Origin: an uncultured Candidatus Saccharibacteria bacterium
Lineage (GTDB): Bacteria; Patescibacteriota; Minisyncoccia; UBA6257; 1-14-0-10-44-23
Length of the DNA stretch: 64,000 bases
Assembly: GCA_964549935.1 (NCBI GenBank)
Contig: CAZJVT010000003.1
Coordinates: forward strand, 14,634 to 78,633
Direction: 5' to 3'
In this document: positions 53,616-62,323 of the stretch, one piece after another
How the letters are laid out: every line of letters starts with the position of its first letter
Numbering within the stretch: the stretch's first letter is position 1
Position numbers and translations under genes: made by a program
Notes under the pieces: model-generated
The model's database searches: none
Told to the model about the DNA's origin: nothing
The model's input: only the letters and a program-made list of their open reading frames with translations

Positions 53616-54173
53616 CTAGTTCACCCGGATCCCGAAGGTCTGAACGACGATCGCGTCGAGATCCATGATGTTGGCCATCAGCAGGCCGCCCACGAGGACG
53701 GTGACGCCGTGGCCCATGGTGGCGTTGCTCTGCCCTGACCCGACCGCCTTCATGATGAGAAGGCCGCGGGCAGTGGCGAGAACGCCGAGCAGCTGCAGCA
53801 CGCGATAGACCGCGAGCTGGACACTCGCTGCATTGGTGTCGAGGTTGAAGCCCTGCTGGATGCCGGGATCGAGCGATCTGTAGAGCTCCCATTTGGACTC
53901 GTCGATCAGCGTGCCCTTGCCGGCCAGCATCACGAGAGCGAGGCTGAAGAGGCAGATGCCGACGATGCCGGTCGCGATCGGGTCTTTCATCTCCCCCGGG
54001 CGCCCATGGCCGCCGCCGATCGCCGACGCTTTCACCAGCGCCGAGAAGACGAACCACACGCCGATGATGCCGCATACCGTCCAGGTGAGCCCGAGGAGAT
54101 CCGGCACGAGCTCGCTCAGCGTGAGGATCGCGTGCTGCGCCGCTTGGCTGGTGGAGGAGCTGAAGTCGCCCAT
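53616..54173 (-). CDS. icmC: T4BSS IcmC/DotE (TraQ-like) membrane protein
   Basis: Four TM; VLQLLG..ARGL..G.T.LVGG.L.ANI; synteny icmG-icmC-icmD-icmJ. Confidence 0.7.
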   Translation of the reverse strand: MGDFSSSTSQAAQHAILTLSELVPDLLGLTWTVCGIIGVWFVFSALVKASAIGGGHGRPGEMKDPIATGIVGICLFSLALVMLAGKGTLIDESKWELYRSLDPGIQQGFNLDTNAASVQLAVYRVLQLLGVLATARGLLIMKAVGSGQSNATMGHGVTVLVGGLLMANIMDLDAIVVQTFGIRVN

Positions 54174-54201
54174 GGCTGATCGATATCCCGTACCGGTCCG
54201 G

Positions 54202-56073
54202 TCAGCCGCCGCTCTTGAGGGTCGTCTTCTCGAGGACGACCTCCCATTGGCCCTTGGCCAGCCGGATCTCGCGGATCTTGCCGAGCCCCGGAAGAGTGTC
54301 GCCGGGGCGCACCTCGACGAGCTCCGCCTCGGGGGCGTTCATGTTCTGCAGCCATGCGAGACCCGGCGTCGCCGAGCGGATCGCCCAGCTCGGCTTCGAG
54401 GTCCTGGCATCCGCTTTCTCGGCCGTGGCCTTATCCGCGGTCGATGCGGCCTTGTCGTTGGTGGCCTTTGCGTCCGCCTTCGCGGTCTTTGCCGGAGGTT
54501 GGCGGAAGGGATTGGCCTCGGCGGCCGGCGGCGCGGCATGCGCCGGCATTGCCGCGGCGGACTGGACCTGCTTCACGCGTCCGTCGATCTCCTGGATTTC
54601 GGCGCGGAGCTTCGCGGTCGCGGAAAGAGACTGGCTCGAGTTGGCGGCCGAACGGGCAAGGCCGGCCTCGACCGCCTGAAGTCGCTCGTCCAGTCGCGTA
54701 AGCGCGGCCGCGAGCTTGTCGAGGAGATCGGGAGCGACGACCTGCCCGGCCGGGGAGTTGGTCCCCGCCGCCTGGGCGGGGCCCGCGGTCGAGATCGCCC
54801 GCGAGACCGGAGCGGACGGCTGAGCGGGAGATTGTGCCGGAGCCGGAGATGGAGCCGCAGCGAGAACCGGGAGCGAAGAAGGCGCCGGAGCCGGTGCGGG
54901 AGTGATCGAAGCGACAGGAGCCGTCGCCTGGGGCGGAGAGAGACCTTGCTGGCCTGGGCTAGGCACGGAACCCTGGCCCGTCACGGTCGGGACGGGCACG
55001 GCCGGCGGCGCCGGTTGTGCCGAGCCCTGGGCACCTGGAGCCTGGCCACCGGGAGCTGGAGCGATCGAGGCGACCGCGCCGGAAGGCTTCTGCTGCCCGG
55101 GAACCTGAACCTGGGCAGCGACGATCGGCGCCGATGCGCCGCGGAGCGCCGACGCGTCGACCGGCGACGGCGACGAATTGAAATGACCTCCGCTGAAGAG
55201 CACGGCGACGGATACGAAGACGGCCGAGGCCGCCATCGCTCCGTAGACGATCAGCTTCCGCGTCTTCTTCCCGTCGTCGACCGGCTCTTCCTGCGCGGCA
55301 TCGGCATTGTCCGCTTCCTCGACGACCTCGCCGTCGGCCGCCTCGGAATGAACCTGGTCATCCTCGTCGCCATCATGGATGGGATCGTCATCGTCCTGCT
55401 CGGCGTCACGGTCGTCGCCCTCGTCCTGTGGCGAGAGGTCGAGCGTGGAGAGATCCTCGAGAGGCTCCTCCGCGACATCCGGAACCGGCGGCAGCGGCGC
55501 CAGGGGAACGGTCTCCGGGCTCAGCGGGGCGCTCAGATGGTCCCGCACCAGATCGAGGGGATCGGATCCCCTGGGGGAGGCCGGCGGAAGGCCGGCCGGA
55601 ACAGGTTGTGCCGGAAGAGGCTGGGCTGCGACATGCGGTGCCGGCGCCGGCTGAGGCGCGGAAGCGATCGGCGGAGATGGACGACGCATCTCATGGGCGA
55701 TCGGCTGGTCGTCATCGGAAACGGCCGGCGGAACCGGCCCCGGTTGAACCGCGGCGGGCGCGGCCGAGGCCGGCGGCGTGGCGATCGCCGAAGGGAGCGG
55801 CGGTGCGGGAGGAGGCATGTAGGCAGGCGCGGCGGCCGGCGCCGGAACAGGACGCGGCGCGGCCATCTTGGTCATGACCGCGGCGCCGCCCTCGGACGGA
55901 GAAGCAGGGGAAGGAGACGGAGGGGCGACGGGCGGAGAAGCCGGCGCCTGAACCGCGGCCTGGTTGGCAACCGGCCTCGCGGGCATGGCGGCGGGCCGCT
56001 GGGCCGGGAACGGCTTGCCTGCCGGGCCGCTCCGGTCGAAATCCACATCCGCAGAGGCCAGCGCGCTGTTCAT
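54202..56073 (-). CDS. icmG: T4BSS IcmG/DotF (TraP-like) with very long Pro/Ala and acidic regions
   Basis: Single TM, coiled coil, C-terminal WAIRSATPGLAWL..VRPGDTLPGLGKIREI. Confidence 0.75.
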   Translation of the reverse strand: MNSALASADVDFDRSGPAGKPFPAQRPAAMPARPVANQAAVQAPASPPVAPPSPSPASPSEGGAAVMTKMAAPRPVPAPAAAPAYMPPPAPPLPSAIATPPASAAPAAVQPGPVPPAVSDDDQPIAHEMRRPSPPIASAPQPAPAPHVAAQPLPAQPVPAGLPPASPRGSDPLDLVRDHLSAPLSPETVPLAPLPPVPDVAEEPLEDLSTLDLSPQDEGDDRDAEQDDDDPIHDGDEDDQVHSEAADGEVVEEADNADAAQEEPVDDGKKTRKLIVYGAMAASAVFVSVAVLFSGGHFNSSPSPVDASALRGASAPIVAAQVQVPGQQKPSGAVASIAPAPGGQAPGAQGSAQPAPPAVPVPTVTGQGSVPSPGQQGLSPPQATAPVASITPAPAPAPSSLPVLAAAPSPAPAQSPAQPSAPVSRAISTAGPAQAAGTNSPAGQVVAPDLLDKLAAALTRLDERLQAVEAGLARSAANSSQSLSATAKLRAEIQEIDGRVKQVQSAAAMPAHAAPPAAEANPFRQPPAKTAKADAKATNDKAASTADKATAEKADARTSKPSWAIRSATPGLAWLQNMNAPEAELVEVRPGDTLPGLGKIREIRLAKGQWEVVLEKTTLKSGG

Positions 56074-56112
56074 GAGAACCCTCGGTAACTGACGACTTCC
56101 CGTTTAGGTATG

Positions 56113-56141
56113 AGTCTACAGGATTTATCCGAGGGTGAAAA
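56113..56141 (-). promoter_or_regulatory. Promoter TTTTCA-N17-TAGACT for the icmG operon
   Basis: Minus strand reads TTTTCA CCCTCGGATAAATCCTG TAGACT. Confidence 0.55.
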
Positions 56142-56179
56142 GGCCGGGATTCCGACCCCGAGGCAACCCTAAGCCGGCA

Positions 56180-56950
56180 TCACGCCGCCCGGGCGGCGGC
56201 CTTCGTCCTCGAACGCAGGCCCCTGGAAGCAGCCAACTGCTTCCTCCTCCCGGTCTCGAGGGCAGCGTCGGTCTTGGCCAGGCACTTCTTGACGAAGCCC
56301 CGGCCCTGCGTCGACCCCAGCCAGAGCGCCAGGCGATTGGCGAGATCGGCCGAGCGCATGGACTTCCTGTCCGGGACCTCACGGAACATCGCATGCAGGA
56401 GGCCGCGGCCGCTGTCCGCCGCGATGTCCGCCTCCGTCATCAGGACGGCATCGAGCGGCGTACGCCCGAAATTCAGGCCGGGTCTGCCGACGTTCTCGAC
56501 AGCCCATGCCTTGAGGGCCGCCTCCTCGCTGGCGTCCTTCAGGGCCCGCTCGATGAAGCAACGACCGACATTGGTGCCCAGCCATTTGACCATCGATGCC
56601 GCCAGGGTCGCGTCCATCTGGCGGAGCTCGTAGGGAAAGCTGCCGAGGACGCCGCGAAGACGGGGATTGACGCGATCGATCTCGCTTCCCTGACCCCAGA
56701 GGTCGTACTGGGCATGCATCTCCTTCCGCCAGAAGGCGGCGAATACGCGCTCGCCCACGACGTCCTTCCGCGGCGCGACCTCGGGCTCGTGACGGAGCGG
56801 CGCGGTCGGCTGCAGGATCTCCGACTCGTCCTCTCCAGGCTCGCCCCAGAGGTCGGCTTCGACCATGACGCTCATCTGTGTCTCCTTGGCGGGCGGGATC
56901 TCGGGCGATGGCTTCTCGCGCTCGGCCTTGGTCGTAGTGAGTCGCGCCAT
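56180..56950 (-). CDS. Hypothetical protein with duplicated WLG(T/S)..GR.F motif
   Basis: KWLGTNVGRCFI and LWLGSTQGRGFV. Confidence 0.7.
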   Translation of the reverse strand: MARLTTTKAEREKPSPEIPPAKETQMSVMVEADLWGEPGEDESEILQPTAPLRHEPEVAPRKDVVGERVFAAFWRKEMHAQYDLWGQGSEIDRVNPRLRGVLGSFPYELRQMDATLAASMVKWLGTNVGRCFIERALKDASEEAALKAWAVENVGRPGLNFGRTPLDAVLMTEADIAADSGRGLLHAMFREVPDRKSMRSADLANRLALWLGSTQGRGFVKKCLAKTDAALETGRRKQLAASRGLRSRTKAAARAA

Positions 56951-56956
56951 AAAGCG

Positions 56957-57205
56957 TTATGGCAGCAGCGACGCCACGGGACAGGGCTTCCGCAGGATTG
57001 CCTCGACCTCGACGCGATCGCCTTCGACCATGATCGCGAAGCGCAGGGTGTCGCCGTCGATTCGCTCGTCGATGACCGGGTTCGGCTCCTCGCCCGAGCA
57101 CCTCGCCCATTCATCCTCGACCGCCTTGGCAGTGAGCTCCTCGACCTCGATCTGCTGCTCCATCGGCTCCTCGCCGGGAATGCGGTAGGTGGCGTTCACG
57201 AGCAT
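56957..57205 (-). CDS. Small acidic hypothetical protein
   Basis: AGGAG RBS. Confidence 0.6.
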   Translation of the reverse strand: MLVNATYRIPGEEPMEQQIEVEELTAKAVEDEWARCSGEEPNPVIDERIDGDTLRFAIMVEGDRVEVEAILRKPCPVASLLP

Positions 57206-57233
57206 CGTCTGACTCCTGGTCTGGCGGCCGGGT

Positions 57234-58100
57234 TCAGGATCCGCGGCCGGGAACGTAGAGGGCGCGCGGCTTTCCTTCGCCGTTCATCACCCGGATATAC
57301 TTGTCGGTCTCGCAGAGGATGTTCGGCACGTCGCTGAAGTCCATTGCGACGCCGGTCTCCTGCTGGACGATCTCGTAGATCGCGCGCATCTCGTCGAGCG
57401 CCTGGGACTGGGAGAGCGCGCCGTCGGTCTTGCGCCCATGCAGGCGGTTCAGGCCGCGGATCGTGCCAGGGCCAGCGGCCGCCCAGGTCGCAACATCCGC
57501 CGCCTCCTCGAGCAGCGCGGTGAAGCGCATGTCGACGACGGCCTGGTAAGCCATGAACTGGCCCCAGCCGTTGGATTTCATGATGAGGGCGTGCATGCCC
57601 TGGAGCGTCGGGGCCCCGCGGAGATACGCCGTAATCTCGCCGCGCCGGCGCCAGAGATCGCCGATCACCGTCTCCGCGATATAACGCTGCTTGTCGGCGC
57701 CCTTCTCGGCCGGCGCCGAGATCATATAGGCGCCGGTGTAGACCTTGTCGCCGCGGTCTTTCCGTTCGTTGAGGATGACGGCCATGCGCTCGGTGAAATC
57801 GAAGCGCGTCGCATCGGGAAGCCCTCCGGCCTCCCGGAGTTCGACGAAGGTGTCGGGCCAGTTGATCTGGCGGAAGATGCACAGCAGCAGCCACAGATGC
57901 GGGCTGTCCCGATACGGGATGCGGATGCTGTCGCGCACGAAGCGCGTCACACGATCGTCCTCGCGTCGCACGTTGCAGAACCGGTAGGTCGACAGGATGG
58001 GATCCTCGGTCCAGGGACCAGGCTCGCCTGCGTCCTTGCGGAAGCGAATGCGCTCGCGCTCGCGGATCCAATCGAAAAGTGCCGTGTAGTCGGCCGGCAT
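57234..58100 (-). CDS. aGPT-Pplase1 / 5-hmdU DNA kinase helical-domain protein
   Basis: WIRERERIR..GPWTEDPILSTYRFCNVRREDDRVT, FRQINW, YTGAY, FMAYQ..D, GPG..RGL, LCETDKY.R. Confidence 0.85.
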   Translation of the reverse strand: MPADYTALFDWIRERERIRFRKDAGEPGPWTEDPILSTYRFCNVRREDDRVTRFVRDSIRIPYRDSPHLWLLLCIFRQINWPDTFVELREAGGLPDATRFDFTERMAVILNERKDRGDKVYTGAYMISAPAEKGADKQRYIAETVIGDLWRRRGEITAYLRGAPTLQGMHALIMKSNGWGQFMAYQAVVDMRFTALLEEAADVATWAAAGPGTIRGLNRLHGRKTDGALSQSQALDEMRAIYEIVQQETGVAMDFSDVPNILCETDKYIRVMNGEGKPRALYVPGRGS

Positions 58101-58105
58101 GACGC

Positions 58106-59413
58106 CTACTTCCTCTCACCCTGCGTCACGGGCTCGACGAAGATCATGCCGAGCTCGAGGCCCGGGTCAATCGTCACCGTCGGCTTCATCGAGCGCGCGT
58201 CGGCCTTGATGTCGCTGGCGATGGTCTTTCCGACCTCGCCGATGCCGGCCGCGACCGCGGTGCGGCTGGACGAGGACCCGTAGCTCGTGGTCGAACCGCC
58301 GAGAGGGTTCACGATCACGGTCTTGCCGGAGTTCGCCGCGATGTCGGCGAAGCCCGCGACGAAGCTGCCGGCCAGCGATGCCGCATAGCGCCAGTAGTGA
58401 TGGTCGACGTCGGAAGCAAGGCCGGACCGCGCGGTCGCGGGGTCGACGGCAAAGGCCGACGTCTTGTAGCTGCGGCCGTCCTTGAGCGTGATGGTGGTGA
58501 ACTGCAGCACCAGGACGTCGACGGAGTCCTTCTGCTCGAAATTGCCGATCATGCGCGCCCCCTTCAGGGGACCCGCCTCGAGCTCGGCGAGCACGGGCGA
58601 CGAGACGTCGGAACGCGCGCCGGTGATGAGGCGTGCATAGACGATGGTGCCGGCCGGGATCAGGACCTGGCCGCCCTGTCCTTGCGCGGTTCCTGCCTGT
58701 CCTGCCGCCTGGGACAACGCCTGCGCAGTCGGCGGAACCGCCTGGCCCCCGATCGTTCCCGAAAGCGGCTGCGCGCCCGGGCCGCCGGACGTCCGTTCGT
58801 TCTGACTGGCGACGACCACGGAGGGCTTCAGCTTCCAGCTGTCGAGGAGTGCCGCGGTCTGCGCCTTCATGGCGGCTACCAGCTGCTCGTCGCCCCGCAT
58901 TCCTGCCGGAATGGGCTCGGGCTGCTGCACCGCCCGGACCTGCGCCGTGGTCTGTGCCTGGACCGGTCGGGGCTCCGCCTGGCGCAGGGTCGACTGGAGG
59001 GGCGACGCCTCGGGCTTCACCTCGAGGGCCGATTGGGTATCGACCCGCGAAGAGACGCCGACGGTCGCGACCGCGCTGCGCCCGGTTTCCTGGGCACGGT
59101 CCGCCCTGTCCTGGTTGTCCTTGGACATCGCCTGCTGATAGGCCGGGGAGCTTGCCTGCTGGGCACCTCCCGGTACCGACCGCATGTCGGTCGCCTGGAC
59201 CAGGCTCGACGGAGGAGCGGAGCTGGTGCCGAGAGCCGCGAATGCCGCGACGCCGCCGACGATCAGGACCGCGGTGCCGCCAAAGAAGAGCAAGAGACGC
59301 GATCGTCCATCGGAAACGGCATGCGCCAGGCGCGCCCGAAGCTTCGGCGGCCGCGGTACGACAGGATCCGTAGCCGGACCGAGCGACGGTGCGTTGTCGT
59401 TGGGCTCGTTCAT
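58106..59413 (-). CDS. icmE: T4BSS IcmE/DotG (VirB10/TraO-like)
   Basis: N-terminal TM; IPAGTIVYA..SD..PVLA..GPLKGA..G.F, AVDP.T..LASDVDHHY, PTVTI..G..GMIF. Confidence 0.88.
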   Translation of the reverse strand: MNEPNDNAPSLGPATDPVVPRPPKLRARLAHAVSDGRSRLLLFFGGTAVLIVGGVAAFAALGTSSAPPSSLVQATDMRSVPGGAQQASSPAYQQAMSKDNQDRADRAQETGRSAVATVGVSSRVDTQSALEVKPEASPLQSTLRQAEPRPVQAQTTAQVRAVQQPEPIPAGMRGDEQLVAAMKAQTAALLDSWKLKPSVVVASQNERTSGGPGAQPLSGTIGGQAVPPTAQALSQAAGQAGTAQGQGGQVLIPAGTIVYARLITGARSDVSSPVLAELEAGPLKGARMIGNFEQKDSVDVLVLQFTTITLKDGRSYKTSAFAVDPATARSGLASDVDHHYWRYAASLAGSFVAGFADIAANSGKTVIVNPLGGSTTSYGSSSSRTAVAAGIGEVGKTIASDIKADARSMKPTVTIDPGLELGMIFVEPVTQGERK

Positions 59414-59625
59414 CGGATCATCGCCTTTCCACCGCCCTTGCGCGTCAGCCAGCGGCGCTGCTGGCGGCTGACGCCGCTGGGGATATCCATGCCGTGCGCC
59501 GGCGCCTTGGGCGCTTGCTGCGGGACGAGGGCGGAGCTGCACACAGTCGCAAGGATCTGCGACATGAGGACGTGACGGCCGGCGCCACCGACCACGTAGA
59601 CGATCTTCTGCTCGGAATCCGCCAT
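59410..59625 (-). CDS. Small hypothetical protein coupled to icmE
   Basis: ATGA overlap with icmE start; own upstream promoter. Confidence 0.45.
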   Translation of the reverse strand: MADSEQKIVYVVGGAGRHVLMSQILATVCSSALVPQQAPKAPAHGMDIPSGVSRQQRRWLTRKGGGKAMIR

Positions 59626-59746
59626 AGTCGATCCGGTTAATCCTGTCTGCCTCTTATGATACATCAACAGGAGAAGCGGCGCCAGGACAGCCCTGGGTTA
59701 TCGACGGTTCCGGAGAAGATCGTCGAGATGCGAACGGCTTCGCGGC

Positions 59747-59968
59747 TCAGGGAGACGGATCGGCGTCTGCCTCTTCGCCCCCGCCATGCTCCAGCACCTC
59801 TTCGGCTTCGCTCGAGGCGAGAAGCGCCGTCCGCTGATGCGGCTCCATGAGATCCCAGGCTTTTCGGAGCAGCGACTGCAGGTCGCCGACCTCGTGATCA
59901 GGTTCGCTGTCCTGACCGTGCCGCTCGGCCGCGGTGATAAGGCCCTCGATCCCTGGTTCTTCCGGCAT
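59747..59968 (-). CDS. Small hypothetical protein; tail DPSP
   Basis: AA..HG.DSEPDHEVGDLQ..LR.AW.LM. Confidence 0.65.
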   Translation of the reverse strand: MPEEPGIEGLITAAERHGQDSEPDHEVGDLQSLLRKAWDLMEPHQRTALLASSEAEEVLEHGGGEEADADPSP

Positions 59969-59975
59969 GGAGATC

Positions 59976-61031
59976 TCAGTTGCCCGCGGATTCCGAGCTG
60001 GCTGCCGGGGCCTGGCGCTGCTGCGCGGTCGCGGGACCGGCAATGCGGATCGGCTGGTTGGGGACCTGTGTCGGCCCTGCCTGCTTCGCCGCGGTCTTCG
60101 GGGTGTCGGTCAGCCTGACGCTGACCTGCCTTCCCTGGTCCGAGGCGAGGACGACCGGCGTATCAGGCAGCTGGTAGACCGTGTAGCCGCCGGATCCCGC
60201 CACCGACGCAAGCCACGACGGGGACAGCAGCGTCATCTGCGTGCGCAGGTAGACGTAGCCGCCGAAAGACCAGGCGCGACCGGAGCCGGCGCCGAGGAAA
60301 AGCGGTTGCGCTCCCTCCGGGGGTGTCCCGTCGAGGAACGACATCAGGATGGGGTTGCCGGTTTCTGGGGCCCGGGGCTGGATGATCGGCGCCTGCGCGT
60401 TCGGGCCGCGTGCCTGGATCCGGAAAGAGACCTGCGCATCGGTTGCCGGCATTCCGGTGTCCATCGCGAGCGACACCGTCAACGGCATCGACGCCTTCTC
60501 GAGGATCACCCCGATGTTCGTGGTGCCGTGATAGACCTGGGGCGTCACCGAGATCGCATTCGACCCGTCGCCCATGGTCATCACCTGGATGCGATCGGCG
60601 TTCCCGACCACGACCTTGAGCACCGGCCACTGCTGTCCGGTGGTGTCGTAGAAGGCCAGCATCGAGACATGGTTGGCGCCGAGGCGCACGACCGGGATCC
60701 GGGCGCCGGGCTCGAGCGAGACGTCCTCCGAGCGGCTTTCCGGCTTCGGAGCGGGGCCGGGCGGCTGGGCGGCCTGCTTCTGGCCCTGGTCCAGGATCCG
60801 GCGGAGCTCCTTGATCTGTTGCGGCGAGAGCGGGAGGACCGAGTCGGTCGTCGCCTTGAAGGCTTCGTCACGGATATCCGGCGGCGGCGGCAGCCTGTCG
60901 GACGGGGCGGCCTGAGACGCGGATGGGACCGCGGGCGCCGCCGCCTGGGCCAGCGCATCGACCGCGGCCAGCGCCAGCGCCGCGCCAAGCGCGGACGCGG
61001 CGAGGATCGAAAAGGCTGGTCTGGATCGCAT
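59976..61031 (-). CDS. icmK: T4BSS IcmK/DotH (TraN-like)
   Basis: Signal peptide; PLSPQQIKELR, SLEPGA..PVVRL..F.DTTGQ.WP, RGPNA, L.SFLDG.PP, YLRT..LLSP; start 61031 or 61043. Confidence 0.88.
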   Translation of the reverse strand: MRSRPAFSILAASALGAALALAAVDALAQAAAPAVPSASQAAPSDRLPPPPDIRDEAFKATTDSVLPLSPQQIKELRRILDQGQKQAAQPPGPAPKPESRSEDVSLEPGARIPVVRLGANHVSMLAFYDTTGQQWPVLKVVVGNADRIQVMTMGDGSNAISVTPQVYHGTTNIGVILEKASMPLTVSLAMDTGMPATDAQVSFRIQARGPNAQAPIIQPRAPETGNPILMSFLDGTPPEGAQPLFLGAGSGRAWSFGGYVYLRTQMTLLSPSWLASVAGSGGYTVYQLPDTPVVLASDQGRQVSVRLTDTPKTAAKQAGPTQVPNQPIRIAGPATAQQRQAPAASSESAGN

Positions 61032-61123
61032 CGTCGGCCCCATGGATTGACCCTTCGATGATACCCCGATCCGCGGCCTTATGCACCTGCTTGTGCATGA
61101 TGCATAAGGCCGGGCAAAAAAAA

Positions 61124-61456
61124 TCAAAGGACGCCCTGGGACACGAGCTGGTCGCGAAGGAAGACCGCGGTGTCGCAGACCGGATCCGGGCACTTGTCCA
61201 GGTGCGCCTTGAGCCTGGCCGTATCGACGATGCCGATGCCGTCCAACTCCATCTCCCAGACTTGCAGGGCCGTGAACGGCGCCTCTTCCGCCTGCGGCGC
61301 CTCGAGGGTCTCGATCGTCTCCGGCGCATAGAAGGCCGAGGCGGGCGCGCCGGCATACTCGCCGGCGCCGATCGTCAGCGGGACCGGGCTCAAGGGGGAG
61401 CGGATCGCCTTGGTGCCATCGACCAAGCGCGTCGTGAGGACGAGGGTGGTAGCCAT
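61124..61456 (-). CDS. Hypothetical protein between icmL and icmK
   Basis: AAGGAG RBS. Confidence 0.6.
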   Translation of the reverse strand: MATTLVLTTRLVDGTKAIRSPLSPVPLTIGAGEYAGAPASAFYAPETIETLEAPQAEEAPFTALQVWEMELDGIGIVDTARLKAHLDKCPDPVCDTAVFLRDQLVSQGVL

Positions 61457-61508
61457 CTGGGTATTCTCCTTGGGCTTTTCTGGTGCGAAGTGGAACAAGT
61501 GGATGGCC

Positions 61509-62159
61509 TCAGCTCGCGGGCCGCTCGATGAGCTGCTGGATGCCGATGCCGTCCGGGGATTCGGTGGTGGGGCGACGGATCAGGAGCACGTCGGCGACCA
61601 GGCGCTGCTGCAGCCTGTCGGACGCCGACTGGTAGGTGACGAGGATCGGGATCTCGAGGCGCCAGGCCATGACCCCGCCGGTGATGCCGCTGGCCTTCAG
61701 GATCGGCGCGGACTCCGGCACCGCGGTCGAGACCTTCTTCTGCTCGACCAGGGCAACGAGGTTTCGGCTTTCCGCCAGGGCACGGTCGTAGTTCTTCCAG
61801 CCTTCCGGCGTGAAGCAGCGGTTCGCGGCGGTGAGGCTGGCCTTGTAGTTGACGAAGTCGAGGGTGTGGATGCGGACGACGCAGTCGGTCGCCCAGGACA
61901 TCACCCCCTGGAGCTCCATCGAGGGCCGATCGAGAGGGACCATCGGCGTCAGGGTCCCGGCCGGGGTCGTCGCGAAGTAGCGCGGCTCCGCCTGGCGAAG
62001 GGCCATCGCTCCGGCGACGACGATGGCGACGGCGCCGGCGGCAAGCCCGGCGATCGCGAGCTTGGTCGATCGGCGATAGCCGTCCCGATAGAACTCGTTC
62101 CGGGTGACGACTGTCCTGAGGGCGTCGGCGCCCTTTTTCACGGCTACGGTCGAAGTCAT
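61509..62159 (-). CDS. icmL: T4BSS IcmL/DotI (TraM-like)
   Basis: RNEFYRDGYR, TM, PRYFATT..G.L..PL..P, DFVNY, FT.EGW, W..P..VTYQ, GIGIQQ. Confidence 0.92.
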   Translation of the reverse strand: MTSTVAVKKGADALRTVVTRNEFYRDGYRRSTKLAIAGLAAGAVAIVVAGAMALRQAEPRYFATTPAGTLTPMVPLDRPSMELQGVMSWATDCVVRIHTLDFVNYKASLTAANRCFTPEGWKNYDRALAESRNLVALVEQKKVSTAVPESAPILKASGITGGVMAWRLEIPILVTYQSASDRLQQRLVADVLLIRRPTTESPDGIGIQQLIERPAS

Positions 62160-62323
62160 TTCCCAACCCCTGCGCCGGAGAGGTCGACGACATCCGGCTT
62201 CATCATGGTCGCCGATAAGAGCGAAAGTGACCGAGAAATATTGTTGCTAAGACGTCCGGAATTCCGGACGTCGCGTCCGTCCATCTGGTTAAGAGCGCTC
62301 ATTTCCTGCTTCTCCTCGATGCT

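Noticed and set aside
53893-56088. 731-aa Arg/Gly-rich plus-strand ORF
   Set aside because: Antisense shadow of Pro/Ala-rich icmG
62156-62206. 16-aa ORF MMKPDVVDLSGAGVGK overlapping the icmL start
   Set aside because: Too short to support; may only be leader sequence
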